DNA of 49,659 bases, counting the filler, from Catajapyx aquilonaris (taxonomy: Eukaryota), in assembly GCA_000934665.2 (NCBI GenBank). It is 2 parts of 2 records of this genome, joined end to end, with 100 filler letters (N's around TTAATTAATTAA, not from the genome) between each part and the next. Parts side by side here need not be neighbours in the genome. Positions count along the whole stretch, not along the records: positions 1 to 24,767 come from JYFJ02005461.1; 1 more part is not named here. The stretch is one strand, 5' to 3'. Under the pieces are notes generated by a model. The model saw only the letters and a list, made by a program, of their open reading frames with translations, was not told where the DNA came from and did no database searches. This document shows, piece by piece, positions 1 to 12,978 of the stretch (its first letter is position 1; every line of letters starts with the position of its first letter). Both the position numbers and the translations under genes were made by a program.

Positions 1-209
1 GGAAAGCGTAGTCGATGGTTAACGAGCGAGGTCAAAGTTATCCTGGCCAGACTGTAACCCGCATGGCGGGACAATACTTGATTCACTGATGATACATCTC
101 TCATGACGTCCTCATCCCTGACATCATAGAGCCTCTTCGGAACCTCATAAAACCCACCACTACTGTACGACTAAAGAGATATTTGTACACGTTTGGATAA
201 TCTCCTGCT

Positions 210-470
210 GTCAAACGGCAACGAACTAAAAGGCAGCATGAAACAGACAATCAACGCCAGTCCCGTCTAGAACTTCAAGAAGCCAGACAAGCTTCACAGA
301 GGCAGCAAGAAACCACAGCAGAGCGCGAATCCAGTATACACAAAATATTTCAGGCAAGACACGATCAAGTTACCATACTATATAAGACTGTGGCAAGAAC
401 GTGAATTCAACTATGACCCAGAAATGGACTATGCCAATGAAGGTTCCATTGCAATGATCAAAGTATGTCA
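210..470 (+). mobile_element. Decayed Helitron Rep-Hel N-terminal fragment
   Basis: Reads RQRTKRQHETDNQRQSRLELQEARQASQRQQETTAERES, then after a frameshift FNYDPEMDYANEGSIAMIKVC. This resembles the 'ET..QR..RL' coiled repeats and 'FNYD...M..VC' motif preceding the zinc finger of invertebrate Helitron proteins. Recognised from memory. Confidence 0.5.
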
Positions 471-1149
471 CCCGCCTTTTCCAGGTGTAGCCGCCTTTTC
501 GAAGTTACCACCACTACATTAGTTTCTTATCTTTACATTTTAACTTATATAAGAGCACACCATGTCCGAATCCAGACTACGTCCGCATACCGCCGCCTAA
601 TATGTGAAGCCATAGTTGCTATTCAATCACGCCTTAAATCAGGTATGTATGTATGTATATGTATTATTTACCCAGCGGGCCAGTGTGCATTAGCCCGAAG
701 TGCATTTAGAAGACCCCAAGCAGCTAGGTCCAAGGGTCTAGGGAAACTGCTATGCCATTCGGACTTCTCTCTACACTATATTTACAGTGTACAGTGTGCA
801 GTACCGTAAGCAGGAAAATGCAGAATATGGCCCGGTTCATAATGTTTACACTTGTTATACCCTGCATACTACTGTGCTCTCATAATTAAAACAGAATGTT
901 GGTAGATTGGTTGTATACAGTATTCGGTGTAATTTGGCTTGAAAGACTGGTCCGCTATACAGCATGCTATAAGTCAAGGCAACAATAGTTCAGCAATGGA
1001 AATATGGCATGTACGTTTTATGACAGCATATTCAGCACTAGTAAAGAGGGGTAATGTGTATAGGATAGTGATAATAGCATGCTACAAGTCAAGGCAACAA
1101 TGAGTTTAGGTTAGGTTTGCACAGCTTAGGTTAGGTTTGGACATCGGAG

Positions 1150-1485
1150 ATGTTAATGGGTCGGAGGATACACACTGCCCTCGACCGCTTACATCCAGAC
1201 TTGTCCGAGGAAATGACCATCAAACAACCATCGCAGGACCAGCACTTTGGAGAACCTGTTCACGTGCGAGATTTCAAGAAACCGGAATCATGGATCCCAG
1301 GAGTGGTGTCTGCTGTTGAAGGCACCAGGACCTATAGTGCTGTCACACCTGCAGGACAGGAGATGCGTTGTCATGTGGACCATCTACGTCCTAGGATGCC
1401 AAATGCAGTTCCAGAGTTCCCAGACAAGACCCCCGTATCTACACCACTGCCGGAACAACGACCAATAAGGGCACTAGAAAAGTAG
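1150..1485 (+). mobile_element. Ty3/Gypsy (Mag/K02A2.6-like) pol remnant, integrase C-terminal region
   Basis: LMGRRIHTALDRLHP...GEPVHVRDF...WIPGVV...YSAV...RCHVDHLRPR matches the typical integrase tail (LMGRxLRTxLDxLHP / WIPGxV / RRHVDQLR). No upstream pol or LTR seen. Confidence 0.75.
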
Positions 1486-4400
1486 GAAGACGTGTTCGGC
1501 TTATTTTTTCCTGAGAATGTGGATTGTACTGCTCCATCCAGAGTACGTCGGAGGCAAACGTAGATCTCCAGATGATTCGCCCTTCTATCTTTAGACTGCA
1601 GTAAAGGAGGGACCATTGCAGCAGAAGTCCACCGCAGGACTACAAAGCCGAGACACGCACTTTGGAAGAATAAGAGGGACAAGGTGTGGCACACTGACAA
1701 AACAACATACAAAGCTGGGTTTGACAGTAGTGTTCGGAACTCACAAATATGTGTCACTGGAATAAATTAGCCACATATTTGCCTGCAAATGCGAGATTCA
1801 TAAGTTTCCTCCCTGCAGTATAATTTCATCCCTTCATAATCATGATATGAGCAACCCAGCCCACACTCCCTTTTCTGTTCAAGGCTAATAAACTCTTCAT
1901 ATATATGGAACTATCCCGCACCACAATGCATATTTAATAAAGTTTCGTGCAAAACACCCCACAAGGAGTGAAAGCTGTATGCAAGACCGCCACTTCATTG
2001 GGTTGGCCATAAGAGGCCTTAAACTAAGGGATGGATCCTCCTAGGACCAGTTCGCCGGCTTCCTGGAGTTCCATCACCCCAACGCCTTGACCCCCTAAAC
2101 AACTGGGCATCGGGCTGTCCATTGCCCTCACAATGACTTCTGGACATCCACTCAGGGTACCTCCCGCCGTTGTTACATCGCTGGGGTAAAACTGGTAGGA
2201 AAAACAGGAGGAGGGAAGAAGTCCATACTTTGACGATTCTCTTCTGATCTGGTACAGGAAACAATGTATTTAAGAGAGTAACCCGATTTTATGCGGACAC
2301 AGAATTTGCAAACTGATTCTGGACTTACTCACAATAAACATGGCTTTGGTTGAAGAGGTATATTAAATCTCAAGAGCACATTTTAGAGGCTCGGAGCAGT
2401 GGCCACATCACCTGTGGTGGACATCATAATATGCAAATAAGACTTTTGTATGCTGGCCATTGCCTTATGGTCCTAGTATTGCGAGAAGCTGCTCCATTTG
2501 GAGATGAAGGCAAAAATAATTCTGATGTCAAAGAACTCCACAAAGAACTACTATGGATGCATCATTTGGTCTCTAACGTCTCCCTTGTTGCCCTGTTGCA
2601 AATTAAATAAACATCCAGGCAGGTATGACTCCCTGTGCATGAACTTTCCTTTTAATTTCTGATATTGCAGAAGGTTTATCATATGAATCTCGAGAGACCA
2701 TAATAAAATTTTCAGTCACAAAAGATTTTATACTCACAGTAGCATGAGAAATATTGCCACACAAAACTGTACAAGTACACACTTTTTAATGATGCATAAG
2801 TAATATGTGGCTCCCTGACATATAGTATAATATCACACAGTGCAAAAAGGGTTCTCAAATGTGTGATCAACAAAGTAAGCAATGAATGAAAGCTTTTTAA
2901 ACAAAGGTATTGATCAAAGTTATATACATGCTTTGTTTGACATCATCAAATAATACCAAAAATACACCTTCACAAACAGCTCTTTCTTAAACATGAGCTA
3001 AATACGACAGCATACGATAACACAAGAATACTTCAATGAAATTAACCAAATCAATAACCACCATTCTTCAATCTCACTGTAAGAGTCCGAGAAGTTCAAC
3101 ACTAGGTGAATCCAACTCAAGGGCAGAGAAATAGACTCAGTCTATAGATGATTCAGATGAACAAAATCAAAAGGGGTTTGCTCCTTGTGTGAAATGAACT
3201 GAATAACTTCCTGCAAAAGGAACCATTAATACCTTTCCAAAATGTAACACACTTATACTTCCTGCAACCCCGAATAGATGATCAGATAGTACTACAGTAA
3301 TGCACATAACACATGATCACTAACTCAAACGAGATATAGACTTCTTACTAAGGTAAGAGAATATATAAGATAAACGACGTTAAGAGAAACCTCGTAACTC
3401 CCGACGTACACACACAACAGTACTTTATATTCCAAGTGTGATATCAACTAAAAGAGAAATAAGTCAAGAGCGTCCGAAAGGACGACCGGACTTGTCAAGC
3501 ACCATAATGCCAGTTCTCTTTACACTTAGCTGAGCTGCCCAAAAAAAACATTCAGGTAGGAAAAAAAGAAAATATAAGGTGTGGGTAAGAAAATAGAATC
3601 AAGTAATATGCAATTGAAGTCCATGTGGGATAGCCATGTTACACCCCCAAAATGTTACATCACCTTATCTTAGGAGAGGAAACGTCCGAGATGATTTTAG
3701 CACAGGAAAAATTATTTTGATATGACCAGCGATGCATGAACGTCGCTTGGATGGGAACTCAATTCAGACCACAGCATTTAACCCTTTGAACATGACACAG
3801 TTAAAGTATTGCATCTAGCGCAAACTTCGATTTACATGGAGAAAAGACAAAACATCCATAAATTCCATTGTAAATTACTTAAGAGGAATTCGACTTATAA
3901 GTTAGTTCAACCTAGTTTTGATGGAGGCTTCACACCAAAGGAAAATGGCATGCAAATTTCTAGTTGGAAAACTTGCTATGTCCAGAAGGAATAAAAGGCA
4001 GTTTGCATCTACCACCTGCAAGTCTACAACCCTGGACGTATCCCGTTCTTATTATTATCATCAGAAATACTATGTATTACAAAGTACATGCAGTACGGTC
4101 ACAAAACATCTCATTCTTCTCAGGTAAGTAAAAAGAGCGACTGTTCATATGGCAATGTGATCGCTTTGACCTGAAGATTGGTGATCCAGCCTATTTCATA
4201 TCAAGTGCAGTTTGTGAGTAGAGGAAAAATATAACTGCCTAACGCACATCACTGACGATCAACATAAATATGTATCAGACGCTCTAAAGGCCAAGTTCCC
4301 TACAAAATTCGAAAGCGACTTTGACAGCGGACCACATAGAAGATGATAGGATGATGAGCCTCGACTGAAGTTGCCAAAACATTGACAGAGTAGGCAGGCG

Positions 4401-7400
4401 GTCATTTATGCCTGAGAAGAACCTTGATGTGCAGAACCAAGCTAAACAAGTGCTAAACAGATCCCCACGTGGCATATTTTCAATCTATTAAAGGGGAGGC
4501 AAATGTACTGGTGTCCTCCTTGTGCAAGCCCCTCTTCAGGGCATCATTCTAAAAACTCAATGCATCGTCCATCGCTACATTTAAGGAGATTTGGTGTCCA
4601 TGCTGAACAACATAATAGTCAAGTAACTGATCATGAGGATGACAGGGGCCAACACAGGGACTAAAAAGTGTCATAATTAAACACATATGAATGTTCGTTC
4701 AGTTCTCAACACAGTGCACCTAAACCCACCATATGAACACAATGTCGGCCTGGTGTAGGCTACTTCAACCGTGTAAATATCTTGGGATGGTGCAACACTT
4801 TTCCACCAAATGGGCTTGCACCAGTGGGCAGCAAATTACCATAAATCTGAGAATGCCTACCGAATTGTGTGTTATGTGCATGGATTAGAAGAGAGTGGTC
4901 CTGTGGTCCTATGCCAACATCTGTGTGGGGGAAAATAGCTATCAAACAATAGGCCTATAGCTCAAGAATTTCCTGCTCTGCGGGATACAAGTGACTGGCA
5001 TTCCAGAAGTCACACATCTACGCAGGAGGGTCAATGAGCGACATAGAATCAACAAATGTACCAATGGATGAACAGATCATATACAAATACGTACAATTAT
5101 TAGCACTTGTCAATATCGTTTTTTCCTGAAGTGCTATTAAAAGTCTGCATTACAAAAATTGGAACAAAAACGGGCATCCAAGTACTACCACGCACTCTCT
5201 ATTTCTATTTTAAAAACCCGTAAATGTTGATCTAATAAGAACTGTTCATTACCAAACTGCTCTGAGCGGACACGACTTCATTGTAGATATGTTCTAGTTT
5301 CAGCCATGAGTGTGCAGTTTGGTTGCAAAGACCGTGATCATATCACCATTTTAAACCAGGCCTAGATGGAACCAGCTATTCCACCATCTGGAATACAAAG
5401 GAAGCTGCCGTATTATCCTGTGCTATTGGAATCAGTTCTCAAAAGTAGATGTCACACGAAAATAAGTGCAAAGCGACTGCACAGAAGTACATACGTAATC
5501 TAAGAACTCACTCTATGCCTTCACACACTGAATCTAATTACTGTACATAAAAATACAGCTCCGACTATTTTGTGCTGCTATTTGCTAGATATTTTAATTG
5601 CATAAGAGAAATACATGTGGTCAACAAGAAGAGGATGATGGCATCGCTCAACCAGGGGATGATAATGTGAGTGTGCACCCTTCTCAGGACTCATCCTACT
5701 ACGAACCCTTGACACCACTGCCCATGACGGGAGCCCAGAGACGTAGGTTTTACGGAGACCTTGGCAGATGCAAATAATCACTGAGTAAAACAGAAGTCAG
5801 TTGCACTTATCATACTAATGGTGCAGACGGCCAAGTTTTAATAACACCTTCTGGGCCATGGGACGGACAGGGTAAATGGACAAACTGTGACTGAAATAAT
5901 AATTATTTATATCCACTATATCCACTCTGAACTTTTCTTTCTCCTGGAACATGGGCTGGAGCCACTACTCGCTGCTTACGAGATCTCCACTCCTTACAAT
6001 TTATGCTCAAATGTCATATACTCACTGGGCTTCATTTTAAAATGTAGTTTAAATCAATCTGCACGAAGCGATGCAATACTATCGTGTTTCATTATTCGCA
6101 ATTAGTTCAACAGCATCATTGCATACTTTATTATAATGTGTTCAGCCATTATGGTTAAAAATAAATTGGTCAAACACATTCTGTCCACCACAATTGATTG
6201 TAAAGATGGACAAACATTTTGCTGTAATTTTTAAAAAATCAATACATGATGGTGTATTGGCCTTCATTATGGCTTAACCATAATATCTTAGGGCTCATAT
6301 ATCCAAGCAATTTGTACATTCACCCAATTCAGGAGAACCTATTAGGAGAAAGGATGACGATAATGCAACAAGAATGGTTCCAACATACCAAGAAGATACC
6401 ATTTCATTAATTACTTATCCGCCTTTATATAAATGAATTGCTAAATAATCTCATTCAAACCACGATGTTCCCAGCTCCTGCTGCTTCTAGTGTACATTAC
6501 ATTACAAATGCTGCCATTACATGTGCTTGTTGCTGATTAAATTAATAATAAAATCTGGAATATTGAATAACGTGGAACAGGTGCAAGATTCTTTTTAGAG
6601 CAACTTGGACATTAGAAAAACTATCATCAAACTGCATGCCCTTATATGCAATGCGCGAAATAGCTTTCACACAAAACCAGTTGGATTTCCGGAACAGTCC
6701 ACAAGTCTGGAATAGGGAATTAGTGACAAAAGTTGATGTTACTTATTAATTCATGATATTCCCACAATCAAATTGCTGGGACTGTCCTCCAGTTCTGATG
6801 CCTGAATAGCGCTTCACATACTGAAAATGCTTTGAGATGACATGACCTGAGTTCTGCAATTGGCCCCACACCAGATCATACAGCGCTAACAACAGGGCTC
6901 AACGAGAAATAACTCATAGTGAAAGTACAGTACCAAACTGCCCAATGGCTCTGACAGTCACATATTACACAAACTAGTGTCAAAAATACCTGAAAATAAT
7001 TGACCAAATTAACTTCAATGCAGCACAAACCAAGGAGGCTCGTCTTCATGGAACACGGCCCAAAAGGGGACGCCATTGGTGCCACTCATTCCCTTCAACT
7101 GATGGACCCCAATGCGGTGGACACACTCACCTGGGTCTGAACCAGCATCGGGGCTGGAAGCAGGGCGGGCGGGCGGCCCCGGGGCGGACCTACTACGGGC
7201 AGAACAGCGGGCACGAACCGGGTTCCATCAAAAAGGGAAGAACATTCTGGAACGTTCTGAAAGGAAATAAAAAGGTGGATATCACATCGCAGTTAGTAAT
7301 AGCGGCTATTTGGAATAACCGTTATTTCATGTAATGGAAAGTGGATAGTAACGCTGCTTTTTAAAATAGCGTTTAGTGTCATCGTTGCATGAGAAGGGGG

Positions 7401-7654
7401 GGAGGAAGGGGTGGCGGTGGGGAGGAAAATTCCGAAACGGACACCACTTTCTCAGGGCCGGTCGCAGGGCCGGCCGCCTCTGGTCCCTTCCGCAGTGGGT
7501 TGCAGCAGGACGTCGTTGTTGAACATGACGACCTGCACCCCTGGAAATTGACCACCCTGGCGATCCTCCTCCGCGCCTCCAGTACTGCCAGTGGCTGAAC
7601 GCACGCATTGGTGCGCCTGTCGTTCATTTGCTTCCACGGATGAAAAGGGCATTT

Positions 7655-7795
7655 CCGGACATGGGTACCGAAGCCCTCCGGCTTGGGTGGCCCTACCAGT
7701 AGACGAAGCTACCGCCGGCATAGCTCTTGGGGTCATGGGAGAAACGCAAACCCCACCACCACGATAAGGTGGGGATACCATCGGGGGGACGACTC
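7655..7795 (-). mobile_element. 5' UTR of an RTE-clade LINE (or RTE-derived SINE)
   Basis: Minus strand reads CCCCACCTTATCGTGGTGGTGGGGTTTGCG...ATGACCCCAAGAGCTATGCCGGCGGTAGC...CTGGTAGGGCCACCCAAGCCGG, the conserved leader of RTE/Expander/BovB-type elements. Confidence 0.65.
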
Positions 7796-8020
7796 TTCAG
7801 TGGTTATACTGTACTATTTATTCCACGACATATAAAAGTTGACGTTGTTTTTGCGTCTATAGGTCCAATAATGTGGAGGCCTAAACGACTCACAACAAAT
7901 CGCGTGTAATAAAATGTGAGTTACATGCACATGCAAAGTGACAGGAAAACCACAAAAGGGAGAGGGAGAAAAAAGTGCGATAAGCTTGCTGATTAGATAA
8001 TAATAGGGCAGAGTTGAAGC

Positions 8021-8026
8021 TCAGTT
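8021..8026 (+). promoter_or_regulatory. Initiator (TCAGTT) of ankyrin gene A
   Basis: Exact arthropod Inr consensus with an AT-rich stretch 20-30 nt upstream. Followed by a plausible non-coding exon (donor GTAAGT 8097, acceptor TTGCAG ending 8182) before ATG 8214. Confidence 0.45.
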
Positions 8027-8213
8027 GATGTACGCATGAACGAGTGTGCTGTACAGACAAGCAGGTCTGCGAAGGACACACTGCAATATCTGGTTCGTAA
8101 GTACAAATTGAGTATAGATTTGAAATATTTGACAGCATTGCAAGATGGCAATGATTGTCAGGTTTATCTCGCATGATTGCAGGCGGTGCATAACTTCCAT
8201 CACAACGTAAGGC

Positions 8214-9299
8214 ATGGGCGACTACGAAACACAAGGCAACAAAGACATCCACTACGCTGTCCTTCAAAACAGCGAGTCGATATGCACGATACTGCTAAAC
8301 AAAAATGCAGATAATATTAGCGCCAGAAACAAATCTGCAGCAACTCCTCTACACCTGGCATGTCGGAAAGGGTTCGCGGGATTGGTCAATATGTTGGTGA
8401 GGCGAGGTGCAAACCTCAGGTTAGTGGATCAAGACGGCAACACCCCGCTGCATCAAGGAGCCAGAAGTGGCAACGTTCAAATCTGCAAAATTCTACTACA
8501 CAAGGACAAGGACTTGGTGAACATCAAAAATAATGAAGGGAGGACACCACTGTTCTACGCTGCTGAGAAGGGTAATAAAATGTCGGCCGAAACTTTGCTG
8601 GACTATGGCGCCGACAGGGATGTGACAGACAGTCCAGGAAAGACGCCCTTAATAGTTGCTATTGAAAATGACAAAAGTGAAGTTGCGATGACCCTACAAC
8701 TTTATGTGGCGTGAGTATTACAATAATTCTGCTTTCAGAAACCCAGTAATGACTAACTAAATGACTTTCCGCAGGAAAGAACCTCTCCCACTGGTCGAGG
8801 AAAACCCTGCAGTGGAACCACGAGGAGCTGGACCAATGCAGATGGTGAGAATAATTGTCGTGTATTGTTCAACTGACACACTTAAAATTTGATCTCTTAG
8901 GCTGCCATGACACCACTTAACAATAAGCTGCATAACGCTGCCAAGAGAGGGGCTGCGTTCGTCATCATTAAGGCTATAGATGATGGAGCAGAGATAGACA
9001 GCAAAGATCCTGGAGACGGAAAGACTCCCCTGCACCATGCATCTGAAGCAGGCCATGACTCTGCTGTCCGTAAGTTACTGGACAAAGGAGCCGACCGCAC
9101 ACTGCTGGATCTGGAAGACAACACTCCGTTGCATTTGGCCTGCATCAACAATCGATTTGAAGCCATCAAATTGCTAGTTACTAAAAACCGCGAACTAATC
9201 ACTCAGAAGAACAAGAAGGGAAGTACCCCACTGACAATTGCAGAAGGGAACGATGATCAAAATATTTATGAATTCCTATTAACAAGAAACGAAATGTGA
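8214..9299 (+). CDS. Ankyrin-repeat protein A: 5 ANK + Pro-rich linker + 4 ANK, 321 aa
   Basis: Exons 8214-8710, 8775-8844 and 8901-9299 with GT-AG introns (phase 2 then 0; 966 nt in frame). Motifs TPLHLAC, GNTPLH, GRTPLF, GKTPLH. Linker KEPLPLVEENPAVEPRGAGPMQM. AATAAA at 9388. Confidence 0.85.
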
Positions 9300-9586
9300 G
9301 CAGGGCCTCTCAGTTAATCATTCTACTCGGTACTATTTGCTTTGTTAATTTAGTTTGTCTTTTTTAAAATGAACATTGATATGCAAAAATAAATGTAGTT
9401 AGTGCGTGACATGTGTCCATATTACAATATTACACTATCTCGCCACGACTACTGGTATTCAGAGGAGATGGAACACTTCTCTAAACTTGCATAACACGAC
9501 TGTAATGGTGGAATCGGAGCAGCACAAATGTCATCCAAAGGAGCAATAAAGTGTAAATGCAACCAAAAACGTTGGTTATATGTTTA

Positions 9587-9852
9587 TTTTTTAACGAGCT
9601 CAACCGAGTGCGGACCCACACTCGCGCAACGTCGCCAGTGTTACTCCTCAACATCGCAAAAGTCGGCCATATTGTTACACCCCCCCCCCTAAATGGTGGT
9701 AACCCACCCCCCTAAAAGGGCTGTTCCCTCTAATGGGGTAAAGCTAAATAATAAAATAATAAAAAAAATTTAAAATGTTACCCCCTCCAACTTACTGTTG
9801 GAAACAAATTTGCGCGAACTGTGTTGCGCACTCAGTTGCGCTCCTTTAAAAA
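9587..9852. mobile_element. MITE-like element with ~25-bp imperfect TIRs
   Basis: TTTTAACGAGCTCAACCGAGTGCG at the left; reverse complement of the right end is TTTTAAAGGAGCGCAACTGAGTGCG. Confidence 0.5.
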
Positions 9853-10151
9853 TTCATCTATAGTACACACTGTATTCTCAGTCCAATTTGCTATCGGTTG
9901 TCATAGCTTCTATCATGTTTACACAATTGCACATTTCTCTCGGTTCATCTTGCCCACCTGATATACTGGTGCTGATATCATTGTCGAGGTCGTCAGGAGC
10001 TTACCAATAATTCTGTGAGTGTTCTTGGAAGGCGATAGTACACTGGAAACAAGCGGAGTTCAGGTCAGTTTACTTGCACCATTTCTATTAGTAGCCTCAG
10101 ACAAAAATAGTTTCGGACAATAAGCGCTACGGAATTCCGCAGGTGTCTAGG

Positions 10152-10553
10152 ATGGACCAGAACAGCGACAAGGGCAACACCATCCTGCACTACGCAGCAT
10201 TGAACAACAACGTGGACCTCGTGAAGCAACTATTGAAGTGCGGTACCAACGCCAACATCCAGAACAGTTCCGGAACCACGGCTCTTCACCTAGCAAGCAG
10301 ACACGGTTTCCTGGAAGTGGCAGAGTGTCTCCTGAAGCACGGTGCGGACGGAAAGATCGAAGACTTGGATAGAAACACGCCTCTGCACGATGCCGCTGCC
10401 TATGGGGAAGTTGGGATCGTGGAACTGATTCTGTCCAAGGATCCGGGCGCCTTGAAGGTGAAGAACACGCGCTCGCAGACGCCCATGCAGCTGGCGGCCT
10501 CACAGGGGCATGCCAAAGTGGCTCAGATTTTGAACCAGGTCGGAGGTCTATGA
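10152..10553 (+). CDS. Ankyrin-repeat protein B: single module, 4 ANK, 133 aa
   Basis: Single coding exon with GNTILHYAA, GTTALHLAS, RNTPLHDAA, SQTPMQLAA. 5'UTR intron 10064-10142 (GTCAGT...CCGCAG), first ATG 10152, AATAAA at 10641. Confidence 0.85.
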   Translation: MDQNSDKGNTILHYAALNNNVDLVKQLLKCGTNANIQNSSGTTALHLASRHGFLEVAECLLKHGADGKIEDLDRNTPLHDAAAYGEVGIVELILSKDPGALKVKNTRSQTPMQLAASQGHAKVAQILNQVGGL

Positions 10554-10897
10554 CCTGTGACGAACCTGATGACTGTAAATAATGACGTCAGATTGTAATT
10601 AAAATAGTATGTACATTGTTTACTCTTAATTAGTGATCTTAATAAAAGCATAACACGCTTTGTGATATGGAGTCACCTCTGCTAGAAGCAACTCAGCGTT
10701 ATCATTGTGATTATAGCAATATCTAATAAAGTCACTCATGCGATGTGTGTTCACTAATCTGAAGTTTTATGTACTGAAGGCGTGTATCTGCTCACTCTCC
10801 TAAAATATCTTACTTTGCACGGGATACCTTCGATTTCACCAAATAGGACGCCTAGTGGTTGGTGTGACGGTAGTCCTTAAAGTGGAATTATGGAAAA

Positions 10898-11017
10898 TAG
10901 TGGTGTCGTACCGGTGGCGCCATGAGCCGTTGGAAGCAAAAGCGTTAACCAAATTCATTGCTTCGATTCGCTCTTATGCCGCCATTGGCTCGTGGCACCA
11001 CCAGTACGACACCATTA
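10898..11017. repeat. Short hairpin or mini-MITE with 31-bp inverted arms
   Basis: TAGTGGTGTCGTACCGGTGGCGCCATGAGCC versus reverse complement of the right arm TAATGGTGTCGTACTGGTGGTGCCACGAGCC (4 mismatches). Confidence 0.7.
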
Positions 11018-11753
11018 ATGTCCAGGAGTGTACTGGTACGTCGGGTTTACATGTGGAAAATCCTTCTGGCGTTTCCGATACTATTGAACACAGGTCATGT
11101 CCTCTGCTTACATTAGTCAAAGGAAATGCACAAATAAATCCAACAGTTTGCAATCTTCAACGGCCATAGTAAAGCCACGTCATTGGAACGATAAGATTAA
11201 TCCACGCTGCAAATTATAATTATTATTGACTATTATAAGCCAATTAGTGCCTTTCCTAGCCCTGCTGGCAAATTATGTGATATGATTGTTGGTTTGTACC
11301 AGTTTATCCGAAATTCCAAAATGTGTAAGTTTTTTTTTTTGCCGTTAAACATGACACATCCCAAATAGAAAATTCCATGTGATTGTGACATGACTAGCGT
11401 CATTACCTGTATCTGCCCGTGTAGGTGGATTACTAAACAACTACGTATATAATAATCAGGTTGGTGGGTAGCGAGTCACTTGCCAGCCGAAGCTGAAGAA
11501 GAAAGGATTGGTGAATACCGTGCTAGTGTCAAGGCGACTGAAAGGTAAGCTGTGTTCAATATTGAATTTGACGAAATGCAACGCCTTTTCGTACCTTGCA
11601 GACGTAATTGGGAGATGATTCAGGTACCTGCAGACTGCAAATTCTGTTATCAGTCGAGACAGTGCAATTGACGCCACTACCAGCGAAGTGAGTTTTAATG
11701 ATGACATGGGTTTTAGCAGTGCAGGGCTCTAGATAGCGGAAGGAAGAAACCCA

Positions 11754-12978
11754 ATGAACGACCTGCTGCACGATGCAGTCAACAACCGAGACTTGCCCAC
11801 AATGAAGTCGCTAGTAGAGGGTGGCCGAAACGTGAATGTACGTAACAGGTTCGCCGAAACACCTCTTCACCTGGCCTGTCGAATGGGGTACATCGAAGGG
11901 GCAGAGTACCTGGTGATCAAGGGCGCAGACACAAGCAGGAGGGACGAGAGAGGTAACACGGTCCTGCACGAGGCGGCCAAATCCGGAAACCCCTTCTTGT
12001 GTGAGAAGTTCATCTATCTGCTTCCAACGCTGAACAAGGCTGGAAGAAGCGCACTGCACATAGCGGCCGAGCACGGAAAAGTGATGAGTGTCCGTTTGTT
12101 GCTGGATTACGGAGCTGAACCTCTTCTTAGAGACCAGTCTGGAATTACCCCGGCCAATCTGGCGATGAGTAATGACCACAGTGACGTCTCGCAGGCTATG
12201 ATCAATCACAAGTATGCATCTAAATAATATTGTAAGTGACAAGCTTTGTGCTCATAATCTCTCTTCCAGGCCTCAACAACTGCGGTCGATTCCGATAGCT
12301 CCACCCAGGTCTACATCGGCAGCTACGCCTGCACCTGCAGAACCACAGGTAAGAATGGAGAGTTTTGGTATCATTAAGAAGGAGCCAATGCAATTATGCA
12401 ACCATGGCTATCTGGCTATGAGAAGCCACAAAGGTGGGACAGAAACGAAGAGGAAAAAAGAAGAGAGGAATGACATTTACCATTATTATCAGATGTCCTA
12501 ATAAATGTTATCAAATATATCGCTTCGACACTGAATGTACACGATATCGTTTCAGGCTCAGATGTCTAGAAGTGTTCAATCACTGACTTCACTGTTCAAA
12601 GCCGCCAGAGACGGCGTAGTGCCGAACATTCACAGGGCCTTGGCAGACGGAGTGGACGTCGACAGTCGCGACATGTCTGGAGACACTGCGATGCACATCG
12701 CGGCCAAGAGAGGTCAAGTCGAAGCCATCAATTTTCTAATCGAAGAAGGTGGAGATGTATCAACGGCAAACAACGATGGAAACACCCCGTTGCACTTGGC
12801 TTGTCAGAAAGGCCATTTAGAAGCTGCCAAGTGTTTGGTGTACGAAAAGCCGTTGACTGCTATGGCTAAGAATAAGGAGGGGAAAACGCCACTGAAAATA
12901 GCCACGGGATATGCAAAATCACAAGAAAGTAGTAAGGCATACCAGGAAATTGTGACTCTCTTGAAAGATCATTCATAA
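11754..12978 (+). CDS. Ankyrin-repeat protein C: 5 ANK + Pro/Ala linker + 4 ANK, 319 aa
   Basis: Exons 11754-12211, 12270-12348 and 12556-12978 (phase 2/0; 960 nt). Linker KPQQLRSIPIAPPRSTSAATPAPAEPQ. Upstream non-coding exon ends AAAG|GTAAGC near 11544. Close paralog of D and E. Confidence 0.88.

Noticed and set aside
780..950. Possible minus-strand reverse transcriptase remnant
   Set aside because: Only a vague likeness to 'LY.NDLP...FADDTA'; too decayed to support.
2350..3210. Coding-like T-rich minus-strand tract with an apparent splice acceptor near 3211
   Set aside because: No sustained reading frame or recognisable motif.
6150..6450. LINE RT-like fragment (RLYINELLNNL)
   Set aside because: One short motif only; cannot be delimited or classified.
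7327..7781. Overlapping GC-rich ORFs on both strands
   Set aside because: Explained by GC-rich retroelement leader sequence; no domain or splice support.
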